DNA from: Sedimentisphaerales bacterium
GTDB taxonomy: Bacteria; Planctomycetota; Phycisphaerae; Sedimentisphaerales; SM23-30
DNA: 64,000 nt
NCBI GenBank assembly: GCA_963666285.1
Contig: OY762711.1
Reading direction: 5' to 3' (one strand)
The translations under genes were made by a program, and so were the position numbers. Below are positions 29,982 to 40,371 of this stretch, piece by piece (the stretch's first letter is position 1; each line of letters opens with the position of its first letter). The notes below the pieces were generated by a model. That model had not been told where the DNA came from, did not search any database, and was given only the letters and a program-made list of their open reading frames with translations.

Positions 29982-30446
29982 ATGCAAGTTGAAAAAAAAG
30001 GCAGAATCATGCTGGTTCCTAAGATTATAATATTTGGAGTTATGATCTTTGTTGCGATACATACCTATAGCAGTATATATTTTGGTTATTGTGTTAAGCT
30101 TAAAGATGATTTTTATATTTGCTATAATGGAGATTATCAGGGAATTGAAGACCACTATCATAAAGTATTGGCTCAGGATATGGATTTATCTTCAGCAGAC
30201 AGGCTTAACTTTGATGAAGATTATATATTTGGTATCAGGCATAAACCTCATAATCAATTATCGAGCGACAATAATGACGGCGATAATGAATACTTTGTTG
30301 TTGATCTAAAGAATAATAAATTATATGCTAGCCATAGCATAGAACAAATTTCTGAGCAGTGCGGTATTACGCCAGAAAAATTTGAAGCTTTGTATCCTGT
30401 TTCCCGGTATTTTCATTATTATAGATTTTTTGGGGAGATACTTTGA
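29982..30446 (+). CDS. Hypothetical membrane-anchored protein
   Basis: N-terminal TM, YIFG...EYFVVD soluble domain; AT-rich. Confidence 0.65.
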   Translation: MQVEKKGRIMLVPKIIIFGVMIFVAIHTYSSIYFGYCVKLKDDFYICYNGDYQGIEDHYHKVLAQDMDLSSADRLNFDEDYIFGIRHKPHNQLSSDNNDGDNEYFVVDLKNNKLYASHSIEQISEQCGITPEKFEALYPVSRYFHYYRFFGEIL

Positions 30447-30826
30447 TGAATCCGTTGAAATTCTGCCTTATAATATTATATTTTATTATTATACGTCTAT
30501 GTGTAAGTTTTTTTATGGTCCTAATATTGAACTATGATTTTATCCTGGAAGAAACAATTGTATATCTGTTGTTTACTCCGTTTGCTATTTCATTTTTGCT
30601 TTATGTTTTTCCTGTAAAGTTGTTTTATTCCAGAAAGGAAAAATTCATAACCGGCTGCGCACTTGCAATAGTTCATTTTGTATCAGTAACATGTGTGACT
30701 GGGTTAACGTTTAATCTTAATATGATGCTGGTTTGCCTAGGTTCGATTATTTATATTGTTGTTTTGTCTCTGGATGAAATATGTAAAATTGGTTGCTTTG
30801 AGTTATTTAAAAATACGAAATGTTAA
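30443..30826 (+). CDS. Small 4-TM hypothetical protein
   Basis: Hydrophobic ORF overlapping its neighbours. Confidence 0.55.
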   Translation: MMNPLKFCLIILYFIIIRLCVSFFMVLILNYDFILEETIVYLLFTPFAISFLLYVFPVKLFYSRKEKFITGCALAIVHFVSVTCVTGLTFNLNMMLVCLGSIIYIVVLSLDEICKIGCFELFKNTKC

Positions 30827-31128
30827 AAATAAAAATATCAAGAAAAGAGATTATACTGCTGGTAATGGTATATGGCTGGCTGCTGGTTTCGCTATTGCTT
30901 CAAATTGATTCGTTATTGAAGGTATTGATAAGGAATACCTTGTTTGTTGTATTAAGTAATATTGTTTTATGGGTGAACCTGGTGTTGATATTTGCTTTAC
31001 CAATAATATTTGTTGCGAATTTTAAAAGGCGATCTTTTTGTTTTTATGTTATAATTTTGGCTTTGACAGGAGTGTGTGTCAGCAGTATGCTTAATTACAA
31101 ATTTCTTATGATAATAGCCGAGGTCTGA
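30820..31128 (+). CDS. Small 3-TM hypothetical protein
   Basis: Hydrophobic ORF overlapping the upstream ORF. Confidence 0.55.
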   Translation: MLKIKISRKEIILLVMVYGWLLVSLLLQIDSLLKVLIRNTLFVVLSNIVLWVNLVLIFALPIIFVANFKRRSFCFYVIILALTGVCVSSMLNYKFLMIIAEV

Positions 31129-31136
31129 TATTTACA

Positions 31137-31964
31137 ATGGCAGCTAATGGGATAGCTGCGGAATCTGGAGGAAAAATGCAGTCTGGTAAAATATATACGA
31201 ATTGTAATAATTGTGGTCAGAAAATAAATGCTCCCCAAGAATATGCCGGACAATATGCCAAATGTCCCAAATGCGGTAGTCCGATACTGCTGCCGAAACC
31301 GGAAAATGAGTATCAGGAAGAACCATCGCAATATGCATTCCAGGCTGATGGTAATGATCCGGTCAGCAGCGAAGCAAGTAAAGCGGTGTCGAAAAATGTC
31401 GAAGATATGTCGGAGAAGACGGCTGAACCCGCGGCAAAGCCGAGCGGCGAGCATAACAATATAGTTTTGCCGTTAAAGATCAATCCGTATATTGCCAAGG
31501 ATGAGGATATCCTGTTTTTCAGCAGGATGAGTTCAATTGTGTTAGTGTTTAACATGATCTGGATTACAGTAGTTTTGTTACCGGTGGTGTGGGATTTTTA
31601 TCGGGCGGATAAGATATTTGGTATTATTATGTTTTTGGGGTATCTTATAGCCTTGGCTATTGCATATTATCAGTATAAAAATACATTTTATATCCTGACA
31701 TCGTGCAAGGTTGTGGCTTGTGCCGGGGTCTTTAATTATGGTATAAAGATGATGCCGATCAATAAAATCGAAACAATATCCATTAACACCGGAATAATCG
31801 ACAGGGTGTTGGGGACGAATAATATTGTCCTGGCAAATGGTGCCGGCGGCGGTCTGGGTATTTTCAGTTATATACCTATGTTGAATACGCCGGGTGCGGT
31901 AAACCTGAAGTATGTAAAGAAAACGCCATATGTGGTTCAACGGATAAGTGAACGGCTGGGCTAG
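31137..31964 (+). CDS. Zinc-ribbon + 2TM + bacterial PH-like domain protein
   Basis: CNNCG...CPKCG; Y.LT..KV...GVF......I.KI..I.I..GIIDRVLG pattern. Confidence 0.78.
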   Translation: MAANGIAAESGGKMQSGKIYTNCNNCGQKINAPQEYAGQYAKCPKCGSPILLPKPENEYQEEPSQYAFQADGNDPVSSEASKAVSKNVEDMSEKTAEPAAKPSGEHNNIVLPLKINPYIAKDEDILFFSRMSSIVLVFNMIWITVVLLPVVWDFYRADKIFGIIMFLGYLIALAIAYYQYKNTFYILTSCKVVACAGVFNYGIKMMPINKIETISINTGIIDRVLGTNNIVLANGAGGGLGIFSYIPMLNTPGAVNLKYVKKTPYVVQRISERLG

Positions 31965-32050
31965 TTTGGAGTTAGGCGTTAGAGAGTTCTAAGGCGAGAG
32001 CAGGGGCGGAATCGATAAATATGTTATTCAGATATAGTGAGTAGTGAGTT

Positions 32051-32641
32051 ATGCAAGGAAGTATTTTTGAACAAGCGGAGCTGATGCAGCAGGAAGCAAG
32101 GTCGGTTATCGACCGGACAGGGATAGTTGATATATGGAGTTCGATAGGAGCGACGATAAACCTGGTTGGTTCGCTAAAGACCGGGCTGCTGGTTAACAAC
32201 CGGGATATAGACTTTCATATATATACAGACCCGTTCAGCCTGTCCGACAGTTTTGCTGCGATAGCCCGGCTGGCGGCTAATCCCGGGATACACGAAATCA
32301 GATATAAAAATCTGCTAAATTCGCCGGATCAGTGCATTGAATGGCATGCATATTACAAGGACAGTGGAAGCAATCTCTGGCAGATAGATTTGATACATAT
32401 TCTGAGCGGTTCACCTTTTGCCGGTTATTTTGAAAAGGTAGCTGACAGGATTGCCGATGTTTTGACACCTGAAACCCGTAATGCCATACTGGCGATAAAA
32501 TATTCGATGTCTGTGGAGGATAAGGTACCGTCCATTCTGGTTTACCAGGCAGTGATAGAGGGCGGGGTAAGGGATATTGCAGGTTTTCGGGAATGGAATG
32601 AGAGCCATAGTCATGACGAGATAATAACCTGGATGCCGTAA
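32051..32641 (+). CDS. Pol-beta-superfamily nucleotidyltransferase-like protein
   Basis: LVGSLKTGLLVNNRDIDFH (GS..DxD) and WQIDLIH third acidic residue. Confidence 0.75.
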   Translation: MQGSIFEQAELMQQEARSVIDRTGIVDIWSSIGATINLVGSLKTGLLVNNRDIDFHIYTDPFSLSDSFAAIARLAANPGIHEIRYKNLLNSPDQCIEWHAYYKDSGSNLWQIDLIHILSGSPFAGYFEKVADRIADVLTPETRNAILAIKYSMSVEDKVPSILVYQAVIEGGVRDIAGFREWNESHSHDEIITWMP

Positions 32642-33168
32642 GCAGTTATTGTGCCGGATAGTGATTGGGATTGAAAGGAGTCTGGTGTGATAGTTCCGGT
32701 TAATTTGCATGGTCGGCGGGATATCACTTTTTTCGTTCAATCTAATAACTCATACTGACCGATGGCCGGTTTGAGAGGTATTAGTTTTCAGGTATTAGTG
32801 ACAGATTGCCGCGGCCCTTCGATGAACTCAGGGCAGGCGGCATACTATTTGAATTTTTAATATAACAAATTGTGAATTAAAACTTGTTTACAGTAAAGCA
32901 AAGTCTAAAATATCTCACTTTGAGTAAATTAATATTTTGCTAACAATTATCGGTCCGAAATTAACAATTGCGGTAAGTGTCTGGATAGTCAGGTTTTATG
33001 TGGCATGAATTGTTAAGGATGTGGTTGGGGGTAGCTGGGAGGGGAAATGTCTATATTATTTTTAACGATTATGGTTTAATAATTTTCGTATATATGCAGT
33101 TATTTAATAGAGGGCAATTGATTTTGTTTCTGTTTTTAAGCAAATAAAGACAAAACGGATATATCGAA

Positions 33169-33708
33169 ATGTACGACAGGCAACCAGATACAGACCAAAC
33201 AGAGAGTTATCTAGAGCTTCTGATGGCGAATCAGAAAGGGATATATGCTTATATCCTTACTATGGTATCTAATTTTGCTGATGCGGATGACATAATGCAG
33301 TCAGTTGCGACAGTGATGTGGCGAAAATTTGACGAATATAAGCCGGGCACAAGTTTTCCGGCCTGGGCAGTGAAGATAGCCCATTATGAGGTTCTGATGC
33401 ATCGTCGGCGTAAGAAAAATGAGATATTTCATTTTAACCCTGCGATAGAAGAGGAACTCCAACGGTGTGCGTCGGAAATTAACGTAGAGAGCAATATCCG
33501 TCTGGAGACGTTAAAATTGTGCCTGACCAAGCTGAGTGATAAGCATCGTGAAATCCTGAAACTGTATTATGAAGATAATATGACGCAGAAAAACATATCG
33601 GAGCGGATCGAGATGTCGGTTCAGTCAGTATGTAAAAATATGTCTAAGGCACATGATTTCCTAATCCGATGTGTTCGCAGGACAATGGCAATTGAGGAGG
33701 AGGTTTGA
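33169..33708 (+). CDS. ECF sigma-70 factor (Rhodopirellula/Verrucomicrobium type), module 1
   Basis: IYAYI...DADDIMQ...WRKFDEY...FPAWA; region 4 CLTKL...YYE. Confidence 0.92.
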   Translation: MYDRQPDTDQTESYLELLMANQKGIYAYILTMVSNFADADDIMQSVATVMWRKFDEYKPGTSFPAWAVKIAHYEVLMHRRRKKNEIFHFNPAIEEELQRCASEINVESNIRLETLKLCLTKLSDKHREILKLYYEDNMTQKNISERIEMSVQSVCKNMSKAHDFLIRCVRRTMAIEEEV

Positions 33709-35351
33709 TAATGCAGGCTGATCCTCATTTTATTGATTTGCTGGTGCAGGCAGCGGAAGGCGTTTTAGATGAGAGCGGCTACCGTGAACTTGATCGGTAT
33801 ATGACCGACAATCCGGATTATATTCGTGTATATGCCGAATTTTTTGCTATTGCCGGAATGATGCGTCAGGGCGGGAGTATAATCAGTAAGACCGACAGTA
33901 AGGCGCTGCACGAAAAAATCGAATACGATCTAAACCGCCAGGTATTGGATCAGGATACGTCGGTCGAGTGTGTTAAAGAAGAGCCGGTTAATCGGGTATC
34001 TAAAAGGCCGACGTTCAAATCGGTAAATAAACTAATCTGGGCCGCGGCAGCAGTGATTCTGTATTTTGTTTCGCTCGAGTTTGTACTGAATGTCAGCAGA
34101 AATGACAATATTGTAGCAGATAGAGTTGTTGCTACTATCACCAATTCTGTAGATGCGAAATGGGACAGTCAGTCTCATTCATTGGATGCAGGTCATGACT
34201 TGCATGCCGGCAGGTATATCCTGACAGATGGCTACGTGCAGCTGACCAGTACCAACGGCAGCAAGGTAATAGTCCAGTCGCCGGCAGAGCTGTACTTTGA
34301 GACAGCCAAGGATATTTTACTGGTAAAAGGAGCGGTTGTAACCCGGGTAAGTGAGGGCACTAAAGGTTTTACCGTTCGTACCCCGCATGCCAGTGTAGTA
34401 GATTTCAGTACCGAATTCGGCGTTTTAGTTAATGATGACGGCGAGACGGTCGCGCATGTATTTGACGGAGAGGTCGAGGTTCGTGACAGTATGAACCCTA
34501 CCGGTTTCGATAAGAAGGTCCGGCTTGGTGTCGGCGAATCCGCCCGGGTTGACTATAAAAATATTATCACTAAGAGGGCTATTGATACCGCGGTTTTTCA
34601 TCGGCAGCTGCCGACAGAATATGAAGCTGATATATATCGACTCAAGCCGGTTGCTTTCTGGCGATTTGATTCCGACAGTTCATATCCGGTAAATACTATT
34701 AATTCGACCGACAGATCGGCCAGGTATTCTGGCAAGGTTAAATTTGTTCGGGGCAGCGGAGTTTCCGGTTCGGCAGTCGATTTTAGCGGTGTTGACAGTT
34801 ATGTGAGTGTCCCAGAATTCTTTTCGGATAATTTCCCGGGAGAGGAATGTTCGTTAATAGCCCTGGTTTGCCCGGAAAGCGACAAACAGCAGAATATTTT
34901 GCTGACTAGCAACATTAAAGGTCCGGAATATAATTTTTCAATGCAGCTGCGTATAAACAGCGAAAAGAAATATGAATTTTATACCCTGACAAAATCCCAT
35001 GTTGCTAATACCACCAAGGGTAAGTTTACCCTTTCTTCCGATTGTGAAGTTAAGGTTGGTAAATGGGTTCTGCTGGCGATTTCTGTTGGTACTGATAACA
35101 GTGTCAGATTTTATGTAAACGGAGAGCTGTCAGCTTCAATGGTCCTGAATGACAGGTTATATAGTTCGTATCACGATTTGTATATTGGTTGTGCTTCCGG
35201 TAATAAAATGAGATATCCCGAGCATCGTTTGTCGGCATTTGAGGGCGCCATTGACAATATCGCTGTTCTTAACTATGCATTGAGTGATAATGACGTAAGA
35301 CAGATTTACATGTCTTTAACAAAAAATAATAATAAACCAGGCAAAGATTAA
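33705..35351 (+). CDS. FecR-type anti-sigma factor with C-terminal LamG domain
   Basis: Single TM, GFTVRTPHASVVDFSTEFGV..HVFDGEV, FEGAIDNIAV. Confidence 0.9.
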   Translation: MIMQADPHFIDLLVQAAEGVLDESGYRELDRYMTDNPDYIRVYAEFFAIAGMMRQGGSIISKTDSKALHEKIEYDLNRQVLDQDTSVECVKEEPVNRVSKRPTFKSVNKLIWAAAAVILYFVSLEFVLNVSRNDNIVADRVVATITNSVDAKWDSQSHSLDAGHDLHAGRYILTDGYVQLTSTNGSKVIVQSPAELYFETAKDILLVKGAVVTRVSEGTKGFTVRTPHASVVDFSTEFGVLVNDDGETVAHVFDGEVEVRDSMNPTGFDKKVRLGVGESARVDYKNIITKRAIDTAVFHRQLPTEYEADIYRLKPVAFWRFDSDSSYPVNTINSTDRSARYSGKVKFVRGSGVSGSAVDFSGVDSYVSVPEFFSDNFPGEECSLIALVCPESDKQQNILLTSNIKGPEYNFSMQLRINSEKKYEFYTLTKSHVANTTKGKFTLSSDCEVKVGKWVLLAISVGTDNSVRFYVNGELSASMVLNDRLYSSYHDLYIGCASGNKMRYPEHRLSAFEGAIDNIAVLNYALSDNDVRQIYMSLTKNNNKPGKD

Positions 35352-35500
35352 TGTAGTGTGTGGGAAGGAGAAGAATATAACGAGAATTTGTAACGGAATC
35401 TAACGCAATACAAATCTGTATTGTTATGAAAGTTGTTTTCAGAAATGAGAAATCATATGAGTTTGTTAAGTTTTTATATAAATCTTTTTTGGAGGTTATT

Positions 35501-37471
35501 ATGAAGAGTATCAAATTGTTTTTGGGGGTAATTTGTCTTTTAAGTTTGGCTGCGGCGATAAATGCTGATGTTGTAACTTATGATTTTGATGATGGCACTG
35601 TCCAGGGTTGGAGCAATCAAGGCGATGAAGACTATATCTCATGGAATACCGATGAAAATACTAATAGCAGTAGAACTGTTGCCAGGTCAGGAGCTTACAT
35701 GGCTCTTGAAGAGGATTATTCCAGTCGTGATGCCAGTGATGCTATTGTAAAAGTTTTCAGTTCACCTGAGTTCCTGATTTCATCTACCAGTTCAGTAGAG
35801 ATCTGGACATTGGGCGGAACCGGTGGAATAGATGTACCAACCTGGACGAATATTAGTGATTTGCCAGGGTTGTGCGAGAGTGAAGGATTTATGGGTGCTG
35901 CTCTAAGGCGAGTAAGTGACGGGGAATATCTCCTGTTCAGTCGCCGCAGTGCCTCGGGCCAAAGCAATAGGGATGTAAACTGGTTGCCTGTCGGTTTTTC
36001 AGCAGAAGAAATAGCAACCGCTGTTTCTGCCGACAGTGCAACTGAAACTTATGTAGTAGATATTATCGATACTTATACCGGCGGCTGGGGCTGGATTGGT
36101 ATTGATGATGCAACCTTTACTGATGTTGAAGTTGTTGGTACAAAACCGGTAGCTACATATCCGCAGCCAGAGAGAAGAATGGTTGATGTTCCAATGACAA
36201 CGAGCCTGTTAGATTGGGATGTGTTTAATGCTGCTTCTCCAACTTATGATGTATATTTTGGTGTCGATCCGGAAGGAGTGCAATGGCTGGAATCTACAGC
36301 AGGCTTAGCGGTTTCTGAATGTTCAATTTCTACCACATTAGCATCTGACACCACATACTACTGGCGTGTCGATGTTCATGAGGCCGGAGATCCGAATACC
36401 TATACTGGTGAATTATGGTATTTTGCAACCGAGAAAGAATTGCCTCAGATTACTGCAGAGCCGAAGAATGCTTACGCCTTTGTTGGCGAATCAGTACAGT
36501 TTGAAGTTTCTGCTTCTGATCCTCTGGAAGGCAGTCTCAGCTATCAATGGTACGAAGGGGTATCTCCTGATAAGTCAAATGCTATTGATGGTGCCGTATC
36601 TGAGGTGCTGACAATATCATCAGTAACAACCGAAGATTTTTCAACTTCATTCTATTGTGAAATTACCAATGCCCAGGGCTTGTCTGATAGTGCATCGGCA
36701 GTAGTAATCAAAAAACATATGCTGGCCTACTGGCCTATGGACAGCCTGTCAGATCCTAACAGTATGGTTGAAGGTACACCCGACATTAAAACTAACGGAG
36801 AGCCTGTGCTTGTTGATGGTGTAGTTAACGGAGCGTTCCAGTTTGATGGTGAGGATGATTTCCTTTATGTACCAGAATCCGGCACATACTTCAATCAGAT
36901 GAATGTTAGTTGTTCTGTGGCTTGTTGGATAAAATCTTCTCAAATGGATAGATGGGCTCCATTTGTCAGTAAACACGGAGAATCAAATCAGGGCTGGCAA
37001 CTGCGTCAGTATACTGAAAATGGTACAGCAACCTTTACAACTCGCGGTACAGGAAATGAAGACGGAACTTCTACAGGAACTCTGATTAATGACGGGCAGT
37101 GGCATTATGTAGTAGGCACTTTTGACGGCAGGCATAAAAATATTTATGTTGATGGCATTGAGATGTATTCTCTTGAAGTTACGAGTTCGATAGAACCGTC
37201 AGCCAACGCTGTCGCAATTGCAACTGAAATTGTCGATACTGACCATAGTTATAATGACATGTTCCATGGCGTAATTGATGAAGTAAAACTGTACAATTAT
37301 GCAATGGATAAATATGAAGTAGCCCAGATTTATGCAGATATCTCCGGCAATTCAGTTTGTCCTGAATATTCAGCTTCAGATCTGGATAAAGATTGCGACG
37401 TTGACCTTGAAGACTTTGCGATTCTTGCCGAATCCTGGTTAAAGGTTAATACAGTTTCACCTCAGGAGTAA
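35501..37471 (+). CDS. Secreted protein: unnamed domain X + FN3/Ig-like + LamG + dockerin-like tail
   Basis: GGAGG RBS, signal peptide, YYWRVD, SYQWY, DGQWHYVVGTFDG, DLDKDCDVDLEDFAILAESWL. Confidence 0.88.
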   Translation: MKSIKLFLGVICLLSLAAAINADVVTYDFDDGTVQGWSNQGDEDYISWNTDENTNSSRTVARSGAYMALEEDYSSRDASDAIVKVFSSPEFLISSTSSVEIWTLGGTGGIDVPTWTNISDLPGLCESEGFMGAALRRVSDGEYLLFSRRSASGQSNRDVNWLPVGFSAEEIATAVSADSATETYVVDIIDTYTGGWGWIGIDDATFTDVEVVGTKPVATYPQPERRMVDVPMTTSLLDWDVFNAASPTYDVYFGVDPEGVQWLESTAGLAVSECSISTTLASDTTYYWRVDVHEAGDPNTYTGELWYFATEKELPQITAEPKNAYAFVGESVQFEVSASDPLEGSLSYQWYEGVSPDKSNAIDGAVSEVLTISSVTTEDFSTSFYCEITNAQGLSDSASAVVIKKHMLAYWPMDSLSDPNSMVEGTPDIKTNGEPVLVDGVVNGAFQFDGEDDFLYVPESGTYFNQMNVSCSVACWIKSSQMDRWAPFVSKHGESNQGWQLRQYTENGTATFTTRGTGNEDGTSTGTLINDGQWHYVVGTFDGRHKNIYVDGIEMYSLEVTSSIEPSANAVAIATEIVDTDHSYNDMFHGVIDEVKLYNYAMDKYEVAQIYADISGNSVCPEYSASDLDKDCDVDLEDFAILAESWLKVNTVSPQE

Positions 37472-37568
37472 TTTATCCAGTTTTTTTATCATTAAAGGGG
37501 TATGCCATGTGCATACCTCTTTAATTTATGCCTTATATGAAATGAATGAGAATAGAAAGTACGAGATT

Positions 37569-39401
37569 ATGAGAAAAGTATTTTGTTTTATTTGTCTGTT
37601 GGCTCTAATTAGTAATGTAAGTGATTTACTAGCAGATTCATTGTCATACAATTTTGATGATGGTAATCTTAATGGATGGGCCAACAGGGCAGACATGCTT
37701 GAAAATTATATTGTTTTTGATACATCTTCTAATACTTATGATGGCAGGTGTGTTGCCTATTCCGGTAATTTCATGCTGTTAGAAGGTAACTATGACGACC
37801 GTGACAGCGACACTGTCGTTAAGGTTATTACTTCTCCGGAGTTTATACTGACCGCTGATACTTCAGCGGAGATATGGTCTCTGGGCGGTACCGGTGCGAC
37901 AGGCACTCCGCAATGGGCAAATATTAGCCAGCTGCCGGAAACAGCTGATGAGAGCGGTTTTATGGGAGCGGCTCTTCGACGTGTCAGCGATGGAGAGTAT
38001 TTTCTATTCAACAGGAGGTCTACTTCCGGGCAAAGCAACCGGGATGTAAACTGGCTCAATATCGGCTGGGATCAAATATCAGGTATTTCAGGCGATGATC
38101 TTACTGACGGAGAAACATATGTTATTGATATTATAGATACATATTCCGGCGGCTGGGGCTGGATCGGGATAGACAGTGTTTCCCTGGAAAATGTTATTGT
38201 CCCCGGTGTGACCTCTTTGGCCTATATTGTCCAGCCTTTGGATCTGAGTGTCGTGAAGGGTTTTGAGGCGGTCTTTTCAGTTGCAGCATATTCCAATGAC
38301 GGCACTTTGAACTATAAATGGTATAAGCAAGGTGAAGATACGGTTCTTTCAGAGAGTTCGAAATTGGTTTTTAATACTGAGTTTGAAAGTGCCGGTTACT
38401 ACTACTGTGTAATCTCCAACCAGCAGGAAGAAGTAACCTCTGACTTAGTAGAGTTAATGGTTAAAAAAAGTTCTGAGGTTCTCAAAGGTGACATTAATGA
38501 TGATTACGTAGTTGATGTCTCAGATCTGGTCGAATTTGGCCGGGACTGGCTGGGTGTATCGGCTTTGGGGCCGGATGACAGTCATTTACAGGCTGTTATT
38601 TCAGATTTTCGTGACAGTACCAGCGATGTTGTCCAGGTAGCATCTCATCGCGGTGACTGGAAACACGCACCGGAAAATTCTCTGCCGGCTATTCGAGGCT
38701 GTATCGATATGGGAATAGCATTTGTGGAGATAGATGTTCGCAAGACAAAAGATGGCCGACTGGTTTTGATGCATGATTCAACTGTGGACCGGACAACAAA
38801 TGGTTCGGGTAATGTTTCAAGTCTCACTCTAGATGAGATAAAGGCTTTGAGGCTGAAAAATTCAGATGGTTCGCTTTCTCAGTACCAGGTTCCTACTCTG
38901 GAAGAGGCAATGTTTTTTGCGAGGGGTAAGATAATGGTTAATCTTGACAAGGCCTGGTCTATCAGGAATGAATGTCTGGCAGTACTTGTCGATACCGATA
39001 CGGTAGATCAGGGGCTTTTCAAATCCAGTGGTGATGCAGCAACATTGAAAAAGCAGATAGATGAACTTCCAGAAGATATTAATTTTATGTATATTGTGAG
39101 CTGCAGCGGGACCGATTCGCCGGCAGTTTCAACTGTTATGGACAGCATTTCTTTGCTGGCACCGGATGCAATAGAGGTTTGTTTTGGAGATGATGAGCAT
39201 CCGCTGGTATCGAGTGAAAATATAGAAGCAATCCGTCAGCTGGGTGTGCGTGTGTGGGTGAACTCATTGTGGTCCGGCAGTCTCAGCGGCGGCCATCCCG
39301 ATGGTGATACTGATACCTGGGACTGGCTGATGGACAGGGGAGTTACAATCATCCAGACTGATTACCCGCAGATGCTACAGGAATACGTGGAAGAAGAGTA
39401 G
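37569..39401 (+). CDS. Secreted glycerophosphodiester phosphodiesterase with domain X, Ig and an internal dockerin-like repeat
   Basis: SHRG...PENS...EIDV...DG.LVLMHD...DRTT; GV..IQTDYP; GDINDDYVVDVSDL...WL. Confidence 0.9.
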   Translation: MRKVFCFICLLALISNVSDLLADSLSYNFDDGNLNGWANRADMLENYIVFDTSSNTYDGRCVAYSGNFMLLEGNYDDRDSDTVVKVITSPEFILTADTSAEIWSLGGTGATGTPQWANISQLPETADESGFMGAALRRVSDGEYFLFNRRSTSGQSNRDVNWLNIGWDQISGISGDDLTDGETYVIDIIDTYSGGWGWIGIDSVSLENVIVPGVTSLAYIVQPLDLSVVKGFEAVFSVAAYSNDGTLNYKWYKQGEDTVLSESSKLVFNTEFESAGYYYCVISNQQEEVTSDLVELMVKKSSEVLKGDINDDYVVDVSDLVEFGRDWLGVSALGPDDSHLQAVISDFRDSTSDVVQVASHRGDWKHAPENSLPAIRGCIDMGIAFVEIDVRKTKDGRLVLMHDSTVDRTTNGSGNVSSLTLDEIKALRLKNSDGSLSQYQVPTLEEAMFFARGKIMVNLDKAWSIRNECLAVLVDTDTVDQGLFKSSGDAATLKKQIDELPEDINFMYIVSCSGTDSPAVSTVMDSISLLAPDAIEVCFGDDEHPLVSSENIEAIRQLGVRVWVNSLWSGSLSGGHPDGDTDTWDWLMDRGVTIIQTDYPQMLQEYVEEE

Positions 39402-39853
39402 TCTTTTCATTTGCATATATAAGTTATAAGGTCAGTAACTTTTGTTTACTTTAGGGTAAGTGCGGGTTGTTATAGGACTTTTTGCAGATTGAGTACTATT
39501 GGGTGTAGTTTTAGTATTTGAGGGATAATTTGGGTTTTATGCCGGTGGATAGGGGAATATTGTTGGGATTTCAGTAATATTTTTTTGTTGGCCGAATGTT
39601 TTCTTTTTAAAACCTATCGATTGTAAATCTTTTCTATTTCTATGTTTATATTAAATTAGCAGTCTGTTTCCTGTTGGAGTTAAAATTTCTGGATTTTTAG
39701 GGGTTGCTGTTTGGTATGTTTGGCTGATTATTATAATGGAAGGAGCAGCTCTTTGGCTAAGCCTGAGAGCGGGTGTTTTTTGTCAGGTATTGGCTTATTT
39801 TTTAGGTTAGTGCCTTAAATTATGCGAATATATGTCTTTAGTTTAGGAACTAT

Positions 39854-40369
39854 ATGTCATTAAGAGATTCGAAAAAATTTCTCAGCCTGTTGAGCAAGTC
39901 TCAAGCGAGGATTCATGCGTACATTTTGTACCAGGTACCGAATCGCAATGATGCCGAGGATATCCTGCAGGATACAATAGTTGTTATGCTGGACAAATTT
40001 TCCGAATTTGAGGAAGGTACTAATTTTCTGGCCTGGGGTCTGCAGATAGCTCGTTATAAGATAATGGCATATCGGGATAAAAAAAAGAATTCCAAGCTGG
40101 TATTTGATGACAGTGTCCTGAAGATAATGGAAGAAGAGTCAGATATCCAGGATGCGATAGCGAAAGAAGATTCCGAGCGGCTTTCAGAATGTGTGAGCAA
40201 GCTGCCGGACAAATATAAAAAGTATCTGCAATACAGGTACGAAGAAAGTATGAGCTATAAGGCAATCGGTGACAAGATATCGGTTTCAGCCCAGGCGGTG
40301 CATAAGACCATGAGTAAGATTCATATTGCACTGATGAATTGCGTGCGGCTGGGAGTGTCAAAAGAATAG
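39854..40369 (+). CDS. ECF sigma-70 factor, module 2
   Basis: IHAYI...DAEDILQ...GTNFLAWG; paralog of 33169. Confidence 0.92.
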   Translation: MSLRDSKKFLSLLSKSQARIHAYILYQVPNRNDAEDILQDTIVVMLDKFSEFEEGTNFLAWGLQIARYKIMAYRDKKKNSKLVFDDSVLKIMEEESDIQDAIAKEDSERLSECVSKLPDKYKKYLQYRYEESMSYKAIGDKISVSAQAVHKTMSKIHIALMNCVRLGVSKE

Positions 40370-40371
40370 TT

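Noticed and set aside
29551..31964. Integron cassette array
   Set aside because: Genes overlap or abut, leaving no room for attC sites; no integrase seen.
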